Origin: an uncultured Actinomycetes bacterium
Lineage (GTDB): Bacteria; Actinomycetota; Actinomycetes; Streptosporangiales; Streptosporangiaceae
Assembly (NCBI GenBank): GCA_963775825.1
Contig: CAVZKY010000035.1
Location: forward strand, 2,542-66,541
Direction: 5' to 3'
Length of the DNA stretch: 64,000 nt
Shown: piece after piece, positions 19,229 to 29,188 of the stretch
Position numbering within the stretch: the first letter of the stretch is position 1
How the letters are laid out: every line of letters begins with the position of its first letter
The notes under the pieces: generated by a model
The model's input: only the letters and a program-made list of their open reading frames with translations
The model's database searches: none
Told to the model about the DNA's origin: nothing
Translations under genes and position numbers: made by a program

Positions 19229-21550
19229 GTGCCCCGTCAGCGTGCCGCGCCGGGTTTCCTTTTCCGGGCCGCGGTCACCCTCGCTCTCGCCGCCGCCGCC
19301 CTCGTGGCCGCGGGGGCCGGTCTGCTGACGATCGCTCCCGCGGCGCGGGCCGCGGAAACGGGGCGGCTGCAGCCGGCCAGCAGCGAGGTTTCGGTGGTGA
19401 TCGATTCGGTCAGCCCGCAGGTCGCGCGGCCCGGCGCGACGGTAACCGTGTCTGGCACCGTCACGAACGAATCGAGCGCCCCGCTGTCCGCCGTTTCGGT
19501 ACAGCTTCGCACCTCAGCGGCGCCGCTGCAGTCCCGGGCCGAGATAACCAGTTACGCGGACGGCACGCTGGCGGTGGACACCCCGGTGGGCACCGCCGTA
19601 CCGGTCACCGGCAGCCTGGCCAGCGGGTCCACGGCGCATTGGCAGCTCTCCCTGTCAGTTAACGCGATCGGCATCAGCCTGTTCGGTGTGTACCCCCTCG
19701 GGGTGCAGGCCAACACCCGCGGCCTTCTGGTCGGCACCGATCGCACCTTCCTCCCGTTCTGGCCGGGAGCGGCCGCGTCAGGCATGTCCCAGCGGCTGAA
19801 GATCGCGTGGGTGTGGCCGCTGCTCAACCCTCCCCAGCAAGGCGTCTGCCCGGCCCTGACCAGCAACAGCCTGGCCGGTAGCGTGGCCACCGGCGGCCGC
19901 TTGCAGACCCTGCTGTCGACTGGCTCGGCCTACGCGGCGAGCGCGGGCCTGACCTGGGCCGTGGACCCTGGCCTGCTCGAGAGCGTGGCCACGATGACCC
20001 AGCCGTACTATGTCGGCGGAACGGCTGACTGCACCGGGGGCACCGCGCATCACGCCAGCCAGGCTGCGGCGCAATGGCTGTCCGGGGTACGGGCGGTCTC
20101 CTCCCGGAACGAGATGTTCAGCACGCCTTACGACGACGTGGATGTCGCAGCGCTTACCCACCAGGGACTGGACAGTGACCTGACGAGCGCCTTCCAGCTG
20201 GGCCGGTCGGTCGCCGGCTCGCTGCTGAGCACGCCTTCCGGGTCGTCGGCGGCCGCTGGCAGCCGGACCCGGACCGAGCAGCCATCGGCAGTGTCCAGTT
20301 CGATCGCGTGGCCGGCCGACGGGCTAGCTGACTCCAGCGTGCTGGCCAACCTGGCCATCAACGGGATCAGCACCGTCGTGCTCAGCAGCAGCGTAATGCC
20401 CGCCACCGGGACCGGTTCCGACGCAGTGGCCTCGACCCCGACGGCGACCGGAACGACCATGAAAGTGCTGCTCGCCGACTCTGCGATCACCGACGTGCTT
20501 GGCTCGGCGACATCCGCGCCGGATAGCTCTTTCGCAGTCGGCCAGCAGTTTCTCGCCGAGACCGCCATGATCGCGTCGGAGGAACCGGCCCTGGCGCAAT
20601 CGGTGGTCGTGGCGCCGCCCCGCGAGTGGGACCCGTCCGCCCCATTGGCCAGTCAGCTGCTGAGCGACAGTGAGACGGCCAATGCGCCGTGGCTGGCGCC
20701 CGAGACGCTCGCCGGGCTGGCCGCGTCGCCGCCGAGCACCAGCCAGTCGTCCCACCGGCCCCCGCCGGATAATCAATACAGCTCGGCGGAACTGAACGGG
20801 GTATACCTCAAGCAGGTCGGGGCCCTCGACTCCAGCATGCGGGTCTACAAAGACATCCTGTACCAGCCGACCGCGCAGTACCTGAACCAGCTCAGCGAGG
20901 GTGTGGCCGCCACCGAGTCGTCCGCCTGGCGGGGCAGCCGGACCGCAAACGCGGCGGGCGGGGCCATGCTGGACGAGGTCGCCGACTACCTGTCCACCCA
21001 ACTGCGCAAGGTCCAGATCGTCAATTCCGCGCGAGCCACCCTGGTCGGATCGTCCGGGACGCTTCCGGTGTCGGTCGTGAATGGCCTGACGGAAAGTATC
21101 CGGGTGCGGCTGCAGGCGACCGAGCCCCCCGACAGCCGGCTGACCATCGCCGGCCAGACACCGCCCGGCCCGATCACGGTGGGCGCCGGCCAGACCCAGA
21201 CCGTTAAGCTTTCGGTCCGGTCCGATGCCATCGGCGATACGACGATCGAATTGCGGCTGCTCGGCCAGGACGGCAGGCCGCTGCCGGAAGCCTCCGTGCC
21301 GCTGAGCGTGCAGTCCACCCAGTTCGGGTCGACCCTGCTCGTCCTCATCTATGTGGCCCTGGGTGTGGTCGTCCTCACCGCGATCGCCCGGGCGATCCGG
21401 CGGGCGCTGCGGGACGACCCGCCCAGCCCACCGCAGGGCGGCCAGCCGGACGGGCCCCAGCACGACGGCCAGCACGATTACGAGGCAGAACGGGCGCAGC
21501 ACGGTCCCACTGCGGTCGATGGAGCCGCTACCGTCGGAAGAGACAGCTAA
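19229..21550 (+). CDS. Large secreted, C-terminally anchored conserved actinobacterial protein (Rv3909-like, DUF6049-type)
   Basis: Signal peptide FLFRAAVTLALAAAALVAAGAGLLTIAPAARA. Long Ser/Ala-rich ectodomain. C-terminal TM LLVLIYVALGVVVLTAIARAI. It lies directly upstream of murJ, as in mycobacteria. Start assigned to GTG 19229. Confidence 0.65.
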   Translation: MPRQRAAPGFLFRAAVTLALAAAALVAAGAGLLTIAPAARAAETGRLQPASSEVSVVIDSVSPQVARPGATVTVSGTVTNESSAPLSAVSVQLRTSAAPLQSRAEITSYADGTLAVDTPVGTAVPVTGSLASGSTAHWQLSLSVNAIGISLFGVYPLGVQANTRGLLVGTDRTFLPFWPGAAASGMSQRLKIAWVWPLLNPPQQGVCPALTSNSLAGSVATGGRLQTLLSTGSAYAASAGLTWAVDPGLLESVATMTQPYYVGGTADCTGGTAHHASQAAAQWLSGVRAVSSRNEMFSTPYDDVDVAALTHQGLDSDLTSAFQLGRSVAGSLLSTPSGSSAAAGSRTRTEQPSAVSSSIAWPADGLADSSVLANLAINGISTVVLSSSVMPATGTGSDAVASTPTATGTTMKVLLADSAITDVLGSATSAPDSSFAVGQQFLAETAMIASEEPALAQSVVVAPPREWDPSAPLASQLLSDSETANAPWLAPETLAGLAASPPSTSQSSHRPPPDNQYSSAELNGVYLKQVGALDSSMRVYKDILYQPTAQYLNQLSEGVAATESSAWRGSRTANAAGGAMLDEVADYLSTQLRKVQIVNSARATLVGSSGTLPVSVVNGLTESIRVRLQATEPPDSRLTIAGQTPPGPITVGAGQTQTVKLSVRSDAIGDTTIELRLLGQDGRPLPEASVPLSVQSTQFGSTLLVLIYVALGVVVLTAIARAIRRALRDDPPSPPQGGQPDGPQHDGQHDYEAERAQHGPTAVDGAATVGRDS

Positions 21551-21733
21551 GGCAATCCCCGTCACCTACCGGAGGCCCCGGATGATTTCGCGGACGCACG
21601 AGACTGGGTCAGGTACACCTGACGGCAGGCTCCCTGCGGGCGCGCATGGCGGCCCCGTCGCGGGAGCGCCCGCCCGTCCTGACCGGGCCGGCCGGGCCTG
21701 TCACCCAGGCCGTCATCCGCGGACAGGTGGCAC

Positions 21734-24310
21734 GTGAGCAGCGGCTACCACGGCGACGAACCGCGCCGGGGCGGGGTGAGCGGCGGCTACGGACGGGGCC
21801 CGCGCTACGAGCCGGACGGTCCCAGTAAGGGACACGAGCCGGACGGGGACACGGCCAGCAGTCCCGGTGACCTCAGCGACCTGTGGCGTGAGCCTGACCC
21901 GTGGGCGGCTGAGGCCCGGCGCGGGCTGGAGGCCTGGCAGGAGCCGGGACCGTGGCGCCAGGACGCCCGGCCCGGCCACGACGACCCCTACCGCCGGGGC
22001 GACGATCCCTATCAGAGCCCGGTCATGTGGCGGGGCCCGGATCATCAGCGGCCTGATCCTCAGCGGCCCGGGCGGCCGCCGCGTGAGCCGGACGCGCCCA
22101 TCCAGGCCGAGCGGCCTCCCACCGGATGGCACGAACTCCCGCGACCACCTGGCGATCCGGCACCCGGCGATCCGGGTCCCCGTGGCCGTACCGGAAGCTC
22201 GCAGCACTCCGCCGACCCCGACGCCTGGCGTCAGGCTCCGCCGCCCGCGGGTCCCCCGCGGCGCCGTGCGGCTCCGCCGCCCGCCGACCCGGCCGGTACG
22301 CGTGCCTGGTGGGACGACGCCTTCCGGCCCCCAGCGGGCGGCGGGCCGGGCCAGCCCGGCCCGCCGCACGCGCCAGATCCGCAGGTGCCCACCGCCCCGG
22401 CCCGGCCGGCCAGCGCGCCGCAGCCCCCCGCCCCTCAGCCTCCCGCTCCTCAGGCTCCCGCTCCTCAGGCTCCCGCTCCTCAGGCCCCCGCCCTGCGCCG
22501 GCCCTCCGCGCAGGGTTACGGGGTCCCGCCTGGAGAGCTGACCCAGCCGATCCCGATCTACCAGCCGCAGGGCACATACGTAGCCGACGCGTACCGCGCG
22601 GCCGAGCCCTACGACGAAACGGCCCTGGCGGACACCGTGTACGCCCCGCAGCCGGTCTTCCGACCTGGCGGTACCGCCCCCGGCGAACGTCCCGCCGCCG
22701 CGGGAAGCAGCCTCACGCGGTCGACCGGCTCGATGGCGATGGGCACGCTGATCTCACGGGTCACGGGCTTCCTGCGCACCTTCGTCTTCGTGTTCGCCCT
22801 CGGCACGGCCACGCTCGCCAACAGCTACAACCTCGCCAACACGCTGCCCAACGCGGTGTACGACGTGATGATCGGCGGCGTGCTCACCAGCGTGGTGGTG
22901 CCCCTGCTGGTGAAGGCCGCCAAGGACCACCGGGACAGCGGCGAAGCCTACGACCAGCGGATCTTCACCCTCAGCATTCTTGGCCTGGGCGCCGTGACAG
23001 TGGTGGCGACCGTCGCGGCCGGCCTGCTCGTGGATCTTTATGCGGGCTCGGTGCCCAGCGCCGAGCACCGCCTGACGGTCGTCTTCGCTTACTTCTTCAT
23101 CCCGCAGATCTTCTTCTATGGCCTCAGCTCCCTGATCGGCGCGATCCTGAACACCAGGAACAGCTTCGCCGCGCCGATGTGGACGCCGATCATCAACAAC
23201 GTCGTCGTCATCGCGGTGGGCCTGCTCTTCGTCGTCACCGTGGGCCTGCACAAGAGCGCCAGCACCGTGTCCGCGGGCGGGGTTCTGCTGCTCGGGATCG
23301 GTACGACGCTGGGCATCATCGTGCAGACCGTCGCCCTGATCCCCGCGCTGCGCAAGGTCGGCTTCCGGTGGCGCCCTCGGTTCGACTTCCGCCGCGCCGA
23401 GCTGGCCGAAATCAGCCATATGGCGGTCTGGATGCTGGCCTACGTCGTGTCGACGCAGATCACGTTCGTCGTCACGACCAGGCTGGCCAACGCGGCCAGC
23501 GTGCACGTGCCCGATGCCGGCGTCTCCGCCTACAACTACTCCTACGCCCTCTTCCTGCTCCCGTACGCCATCATCGGGGTATCGGTGACCACGGCGCTGC
23601 TGCCCAGGATGAGCAGGCATGCCGCCGAGGGCCGGTTCTCACTGGTACGGGACGACTTCTCGGCCAGCATCCGGCTGTCGTCGGTCATTCTGGTACCCGC
23701 CGCTCTGCTGCTGGCCGTGCTCGGGCCCCCGCTGTGCGAGTTCCTGTTCAGCTACGGCAGCTCGTCGGTCGCGGGCGCACGCTACATCGGGGAGGCGTTC
23801 GCGGCCTTCTCGCTCGGCCTCGTGCCCTTCGTTATCTTCCAACTGCTGCTGCGGGTGTTCTACGCCCTGCACGACAGCCGCACCCCAGCCATCATCGGCT
23901 TCGTGACCATGATCGCTACCGTGATCGGAAACTTTATCGCGGCGGCGATCCTGCCCGCGGGCCACGTCGTCATCGGCCTGGCCTTCGTCTACGGGATCAC
24001 CAGCGTCTTCAGCGTGATGATCGCCTGGCGGCTGCTGACCAAGCGGGTTGGCAGCCTGGACGGGCGGGTGGTGACCCGCAGCCTGGTCCGGATGCACGTA
24101 GCCTCGATACCGCCGCTTATCTTCGCCTTTGCCGTCAGCGCGGCGGTGAGCGTGGTCATTCACCCCGGAGCGGTGAACGGGTTTATTACCGTGCTGGTCG
24201 GCGGCGGCGGGGCGGTGCTGCTGTACGTGATCGTGGCCAGGGCCCTGCGGCTGGACGAGCTGAGCCAGCTGATGCGCATGGTTGGCGGGCGATTCGGCCG
24301 CCGTGGCTAG
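21734..24310 (+). CDS. murJ: Lipid II flippase MurJ (MviN) with a 330-aa Pro/Gly/Asp/Arg-rich N-terminal extension
   Basis: MAMGTLISRVTGFLRTFVFVFALGTATLANSYNLANTLPNAVYDVMIGGVLTSVVVPLL, followed by 14 TM segments. GC3 supports coding from GTG 21734. Confidence 0.85.
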   Translation: MSSGYHGDEPRRGGVSGGYGRGPRYEPDGPSKGHEPDGDTASSPGDLSDLWREPDPWAAEARRGLEAWQEPGPWRQDARPGHDDPYRRGDDPYQSPVMWRGPDHQRPDPQRPGRPPREPDAPIQAERPPTGWHELPRPPGDPAPGDPGPRGRTGSSQHSADPDAWRQAPPPAGPPRRRAAPPPADPAGTRAWWDDAFRPPAGGGPGQPGPPHAPDPQVPTAPARPASAPQPPAPQPPAPQAPAPQAPAPQAPALRRPSAQGYGVPPGELTQPIPIYQPQGTYVADAYRAAEPYDETALADTVYAPQPVFRPGGTAPGERPAAAGSSLTRSTGSMAMGTLISRVTGFLRTFVFVFALGTATLANSYNLANTLPNAVYDVMIGGVLTSVVVPLLVKAAKDHRDSGEAYDQRIFTLSILGLGAVTVVATVAAGLLVDLYAGSVPSAEHRLTVVFAYFFIPQIFFYGLSSLIGAILNTRNSFAAPMWTPIINNVVVIAVGLLFVVTVGLHKSASTVSAGGVLLLGIGTTLGIIVQTVALIPALRKVGFRWRPRFDFRRAELAEISHMAVWMLAYVVSTQITFVVTTRLANAASVHVPDAGVSAYNYSYALFLLPYAIIGVSVTTALLPRMSRHAAEGRFSLVRDDFSASIRLSSVILVPAALLLAVLGPPLCEFLFSYGSSSVAGARYIGEAFAAFSLGLVPFVIFQLLLRVFYALHDSRTPAIIGFVTMIATVIGNFIAAAILPAGHVVIGLAFVYGITSVFSVMIAWRLLTKRVGSLDGRVVTRSLVRMHVASIPPLIFAFAVSAAVSVVIHPGAVNGFITVLVGGGGAVLLYVIVARALRLDELSQLMRMVGGRFGRRG
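22415..22489 (+). repeat. In-frame 15-bp tandem repeat (5 copies) encoding (APQ[PA]P)n in the MurJ N-terminal extension
   Basis: gctcctcaggctccc occurs twice perfectly, flanked by three diverged copies. Confidence 0.75.
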
Positions 24311-24569
24311 GGGCCCGCATATCGCGGGTGTCCGGTCCATGTCAAGCCGGTGGCCGACCTGGGAACTGGGCCAGGGACGTGGGACCATAGATGAGACATT
24401 GGCGGCAATCGCGTATAACGGTTTACACGGGGCCACTCGCTCGCAGCCCCGCAGGGAGGGGCAGGCGTCTTACCATTGTGAATACCTACCGCAGCGCCGG
24501 CGGTGCTCCGCCGATCAGACCGGGGCCTGGAAGGAGGGTCGAGAGCTGTCCTGCTCTTGACGGGTATGC

Positions 24570-26120
24570 ATGAGCACATACACCTCTGAGCCGGGAACCC
24601 GGCTGGCAGGCCGCTACCGCCTCGAAGACCAAGTCGACGCGGGCGGCGGCTGGGCGCTGTGGAAAGCCATCGACGAGATTCTCGCCCGGGCCGTGACCGT
24701 GCTGATGTTCGCGGAGGATTTCCCCCGCGTCCGCGAGGCCGTCACGGCGGCGCGCGCGGCAAGCCGCCTGAACGATTCGCGGTTGTCCCAGGTATTCGAC
24801 GTCGACGACTCCGGCGACCGGGCGTACATCGTCATGGAGTGGGTCGCGGGTGAGTCGCTCACCGACATGCTCAGCGACGGGCCGCTGGACCCGGCGTGGG
24901 CGGCCACGATCGTCTGCGAAGCGGCCCAGGCCATCTCGGCTGCGCACGCGGCGGGCCTCGCCCACCTGCGCCTGGTTCCCGGATCGCTGCGGTGGACATC
25001 CGGCGGGGGCGTGAAGATCACCGGCATCGGCATGGACGCGGCGATCGCCGGAGTCGGCGCCGAACAGGACCCCGCCGAAGATCCGGCCCTGACCGACACT
25101 CGCCAGCTCGCCTGGCTGATGTATGCGGCGGTGACCGGTTACTGGCCCGGGCCGGGTACGACGCCGCTGCCGCCTGCCCCGGCGGTGGACGGCGCCCCGT
25201 GCAGCCCCCGCCAGGTGTCCGCCGGGGTACCGGCCACCATCGACTCGATCATCTGCCAGGGCATGTTCCAGCGGCACGGGCGGAACGGCACGGCGATCAC
25301 GACACCGAGCGGCTTCGCCGATGCGCTCGCCGAGGTCGCGTTGCCCGCCCAGCCCATCCCCCCGCCGTACGACGACACCGCGCGGCTAGGCCGCAGCCCC
25401 GAGACCGGTCCCGCCGGGCGGTACGGCGGCCGGCAGGCCCTGGCAACCGATCCGGCCGAACGGGGCCGTCCCAGGCCGCCGGCGCGGCGGACGGCCGGAT
25501 ACGGCGGTGGTCAGCGCCGGACCAGTGGCACAGCCAAGGCCCTGATCAGCGTGGTCATTGTGCTCGTGCTCGCGGCGGTCGGCGCAGTGGCCTGGTCGGT
25601 CAGTCATACGAAGCATGGCGGGAGCACCCACGCCGGCGGCCCGAGCAGGTCGGCGGGCCCGTCGACCGCGCCCGCCACCGTGCTGAAGCCCATCAGTGCG
25701 ACCGCCGCGGACAACCCCGCGCAGGCGAGCGCCGCGATCGACGGCGACAGCACCACCGGGTGGAATTCGCAGTTCTACATCGGCAGCCCGGCCTTCGGCA
25801 ACCTGAAGAAGGGCTCCGGCCTGATCCTGGACATGGGCCACCAGGTCCGGCTCAGCCAGGTAACGGTCCAGTTCGCCTCGACCTGCTGCACGGCTGCGGA
25901 CCTTGAGATCGGCAATTCGGACAACCCGGCGTCGGCGAGCGGATTCACGTCCGTGGCGACGACGCCCAGCCAGGCCTCCGGAACTCAGACGTTCAACGTC
26001 ACCAGCACCGCCAGGGGACAGTACGTGATGATCTGGTTCACCAGCCTGCCGCAGATGGCGGGCAGCCCGAACCAGTACCAGGCCGTGGTCTACAACGTGG
26101 TCGTGCGCGGATTCGGCTGA
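24570..26120 (+). CDS. Membrane-anchored pseudokinase with an extracellular F5/8-type-C (discoidin)-like domain, the MviN-associated module encoded as a separate gene
   Basis: The fold is Hanks-kinase-like (LAGRYRLEDQVDAGGGWALWKAID...) but the catalytic residues are missing. The VAIK Lys is absent (RAVTVLMF). HRD is replaced by LAHLRLVPGSL. DFG is replaced by ITGIG. There is one TM segment (ALISVVIVLVLAAVGAVAW). The C-terminus, AIDGDSTTGWNSQFY...QYVMIWF, is discoidin/carbohydrate-binding-like. Confidence 0.7.
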   Translation: MSTYTSEPGTRLAGRYRLEDQVDAGGGWALWKAIDEILARAVTVLMFAEDFPRVREAVTAARAASRLNDSRLSQVFDVDDSGDRAYIVMEWVAGESLTDMLSDGPLDPAWAATIVCEAAQAISAAHAAGLAHLRLVPGSLRWTSGGGVKITGIGMDAAIAGVGAEQDPAEDPALTDTRQLAWLMYAAVTGYWPGPGTTPLPPAPAVDGAPCSPRQVSAGVPATIDSIICQGMFQRHGRNGTAITTPSGFADALAEVALPAQPIPPPYDDTARLGRSPETGPAGRYGGRQALATDPAERGRPRPPARRTAGYGGGQRRTSGTAKALISVVIVLVLAAVGAVAWSVSHTKHGGSTHAGGPSRSAGPSTAPATVLKPISATAADNPAQASAAIDGDSTTGWNSQFYIGSPAFGNLKKGSGLILDMGHQVRLSQVTVQFASTCCTAADLEIGNSDNPASASGFTSVATTPSQASGTQTFNVTSTARGQYVMIWFTSLPQMAGSPNQYQAVVYNVVVRGFG

Positions 26121-26135
26121 GATCCACTGGCAGCC

Positions 26136-26809
26136 GTGACGGACAGAATCTTTCCCGAACTTTCGGACGCGCAGCTTCTCAAGCGGCATCTGCAGGGTGA
26201 CCCTGATGCCTTCGGCCAGTTGTTTTTGCGGCATCGGGACCGCTTGTGGGCGGTGGCGCTGCGCACCCTCTGCGACCCGGAGGAAGCCGCGGACGCGTTG
26301 CAGGAGGCGATGATCTCCGCGTTCCGCCGGGCCGGTGACTTCCGGGGCGAATCAGCCGTGACGACCTGGCTGCACCGAATCGTGGTGAATGCGTCGCTGG
26401 ACCGGCTGCGCCGCCGGACGGCGCACTCGGTCAGTTCCGTCGGGGACGAGGGCACCCTGGACCTGCTGGCTACCCAGGGACGCGTCCCGGCCACCACGGA
26501 TCCGGCCAGTGTCCGCGACACCGCGCTTGACGTGGAAGCGGCACTGCGGCTGATCCCGCCTGAGCAGCGCGCGGCGCTCGTCCTCGTCGACATGCTCGGC
26601 TATCCCGTCGCCGACGCTGCGGCCGTACTGGAAATCTCGCCCGGCACCGTGAAGAGCCGCTGCGCTCGCGGGCGCGCGCGACTGCTGCCGTACCTGGAGC
26701 ATCTGCGCAGCAGCACGCCGGCGGCAGAAGTCCTGGCCCGGAAGCGGGATTTTCACGGAACCGTACGGCAACCGGCAGCGTCTCACCTGGGCAGGGAGGA
26801 GATGGATGA
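26136..26809 (+). CDS. sigM: ECF sigma factor (SigM-like by synteny); C-terminus recovered in another frame (apparent frameshift about 26700-26790)
   Basis: Region 2 is FGQLFLRHRDRLWAVALRTLCDPEEAADALQEAMISAF...TWLHRIVVNASLDRLRR. Region 4 is LIPPEQRAALVLVDMLGYPVADAAAVLEISPGTVKSRCARGRARL. The listed ORF runs on to 27068. Frame 2 instead gives ...NRTATGSVSPGQGGDG* and ends in TGA 26807-26809, forming an ATGA overlap with the anti-sigma start. Confidence 0.8.
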
Positions 26810-27709
26810 GGCGTCATTCGGCGCATGTGGACGCGAACGGCCTGGCCGAGCTCAGCGCCGGGCTGATCAGCGGCCGCCGCGCCACCCGGATCCACGCGCA
26901 CCTGGCGGGCTGCCAGCGCTGCGCGAGCGTCAGTGCTGGGCTGTCCGGCGTGCGTGTCCTGCTGGCGTCCGTTCCGCCGTCGCCGATGCCCGAAGCGGTG
27001 ACCGCGCGGCTGAGCGCGGCGATCGCCGCGGAAGCAGCGGCCCGCTCCGCTGCGGCGGCCGCCCCTGAACAGCTCACTCACGGGCAGGCGCCGCAGCCCG
27101 CCGGGACCGCGGGCGGCGGTCTGCCCCGGCGGCGCTGGCCCGGCTGGACGAGCCCGGTAGCCGCCCGCACCTTCGCCACGGCGGCTGCGGTGTGCCTGGT
27201 CGCGGCCGGCGGGTACGCGGCCGTCCAGCTGACCTCCTCCGGCGGTTCTGGGCCGTCGCGTAGCCGCTGGCCCGGCGACCAGGACACGGGTCGGGACCGC
27301 CGTCGGCCCGTACCACGTGGGGGCCAGCCGCGGGGGCAACGAGGTCCAGGGCCCGGCCCGGTCGGCCTTCAGCGTGGTCACCAGCGGGATCGACTACCAG
27401 CGGTCGACGCTGAGCGCACAGATCGAAAGCGAGCTCAGCAAGCTGAGCAGGGCCGACCCGGACACGCAGGCCGGGAAGGCGATCCGGCACACCCCGACGG
27501 CTCAGCAGGATGCGTGCGCGCTGGAGGTCACCTCCGGCGTCACCCCGACACTGGTCGACGCCGCCCGTTACCAGGGCCGCCCGGCCACCATCGTCGCGCT
27601 GAAGCAGAAGGGGAATCCGTACGCCCAGGCCTGGGTGGTCGGCCCGAAGTGCTCCGGCGCCCAGAGCGACCAGCTCACCCATGTCTGGCTCTACGCGTCC
27701 GGCGGTTAG
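26806..27709 (+). CDS. Anti-sigma factor (zf-HC2, single TM, extracytoplasmic domain); apparent frameshift about 27260-27310
   Basis: HLAGCQRCA is the zinc motif. TM segment FATAAAVCLVAAGGYAAVQL. The ectodomain continues in frame 2 (SAFSVVTSGIDYQRSTLSAQIE...VGPKCSGAQSDQLTHVWLYASGG*). Confidence 0.7.
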
Positions 27710-27820
27710 GCGCCGTCGCCATGCTGCCCCCTGGCTAGCCTGACTAGCCGCGCTGCCTGCGGGAATCAAAGCCCCCTAGGATCGGTTGAATCCCGTGCAG
27801 TCAAGGAAGGGCAGCAAGAA

Positions 27821-28753
27821 ATGACCGCCGTGCGCAACGTCATTATCATCGGATCCGGCCCCGCCGGTTACACGGCGGCCGTGTACGCGGCCCGCGCACG
27901 GCTCGACCCGCTGATGTTCGAGGGCTCGGTCACGGCCGGTGGCGCGCTGATGCAGACCACGGACGTGGAGAACTTTCCCGGATTCCCGGATGGGATACTC
28001 GGCCCGGAGCTGATGGACTCGCTGCGCAAGCAGGCGGAGCGCTTTGGCGCGGAACTCCTCGCGGATGATGTCGTGTCGGTCGACCTGACCGCGAGTCCCA
28101 AGGTGGTGCGGACGGCCGACGAGACCTACCTGGCCAAGTCGGTCATCGTGGCCACCGGTTCCAGATACCGCGAGCTTGACATCCCCGGCGAGAAGGAATT
28201 GGCGGGTCACGGTGTGTCCTGGTGCGCCACATGTGACGGGTTCTTCTTCCGCGAGCAGGACATCGCCGTGGTCGGCGGCGGTGATTCGGCGATGGAGGAA
28301 GCCACCTTCCTGACCCGGTTCGCCCGGTCGGTCACGGTCATCCACCGGCGCGACACCCTCCGCGCCTCCAAGATCATGCAGGACCGCGCGTTCGAAAATC
28401 CCAAGATCAAGTTCCGTTGGGACAGTGAGATCGTCGAGGCGGTCGGGGACACGAAACTCACTGGCCTGCGCATCCGGAACCTCAAGACCGGGCAGGAGGA
28501 CGTGCTGAACGTGAGCGGCGTGTTCGTGGCGATTGGCCATGATCCGCGCAGCGAGCTGTTTACCGGCCAGCTCGACGTCAACCCCGAGGGTTACCTGCAG
28601 GTTCAGCACCCCACCACACGGACCAACATCGACGGTGTTTTCGCCTCCGGCGACGTGGTGGACCACATCTACCGCCAGGCGGTCACGGCCGCCGGTACCG
28701 GCTGTGCCGCCGCCATCGACGCGGAGCGATGGCTGGCCAGCCAGGAATCCTGA
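27821..28753 (+). CDS. trxB: Thioredoxin-disulfide reductase
   Basis: [18 protein letters not shown] (FAD site), redox-active [18 protein letters not shown] (NADPH site) and GVFASGDV. Confidence 0.95.
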   Translation: MTAVRNVIIIGSGPAGYTAAVYAARARLDPLMFEGSVTAGGALMQTTDVENFPGFPDGILGPELMDSLRKQAERFGAELLADDVVSVDLTASPKVVRTADETYLAKSVIVATGSRYRELDIPGEKELAGHGVSWCATCDGFFFREQDIAVVGGGDSAMEEATFLTRFARSVTVIHRRDTLRASKIMQDRAFENPKIKFRWDSEIVEAVGDTKLTGLRIRNLKTGQEDVLNVSGVFVAIGHDPRSELFTGQLDVNPEGYLQVQHPTTRTNIDGVFASGDVVDHIYRQAVTAAGTGCAAAIDAERWLASQES

Positions 28754-28790
28754 AGACCATCACCCGTTAATGAAAAGGGAAGTGAACGGC

Positions 28791-29114
28791 TTGGGTGCGA
28801 CCAAGGTTGTGACTGATGCGACCTTCGAGAACGAGGTCCTGAAGAGCGAGAAGCCGGTAGTCGTGGACTACTGGGCAGAATGGTGCGGGCCGTGCCGGAT
28901 GGTGGCTCCGGTGCTTGAGGAGATCGCCAAGGAGCACGCCGACAAGATCGAGGTCGTCAAGCTCAACATCGACGAGAACCCGGCTGTGTCGCAGAAGTAC
29001 GGGATCATGGCGATCCCCACGATGAACGTGTTCTCCGGCGGCCAGGTCGTGAAGCAGATCGTCGGCGCGAAGCCGAAGTCCGCGATGCTAAAGGAGCTCG
29101 CCGAGTTCCTCTGA
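28791..29114 (+). CDS. trxA: Thioredoxin
   Basis: VVDYWAEWCGPCRMVAP contains the WCGPC motif. TTG 28791 is the best start by RBS spacing (AAGGGAAG at 28775). Alternatives are ATG 28770 and GTG 28782. Confidence 0.9.
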   Translation: MGATKVVTDATFENEVLKSEKPVVVDYWAEWCGPCRMVAPVLEEIAKEHADKIEVVKLNIDENPAVSQKYGIMAIPTMNVFSGGQVVKQIVGAKPKSAMLKELAEFL

Positions 29115-29144
29115 CCGCGGCGGCTCAGCAGGACGGCAGGGATG

Positions 29145-29178
29145 GGTGCCGACCCGGGGAGCTTCCCGGGCCGGCACC
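29145..29178. terminator. GC-rich hairpin between convergent trxA and the GNAT gene
   Basis: GGTGCCGaCCCGGG-gagctt-CCCGGGcCGGCACC. Confidence 0.55.
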
Positions 29179-29188
29179 ATCTCTGTGT

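Noticed and set aside
22126-24390. 754-aa ORF (and 21867-22541) in alternative plus-strand frames over murJ
   Set aside because: The products are Arg/Pro-rich, with no TM pattern. The 21734 frame carries the MurJ signature and the correct GC3 bias.
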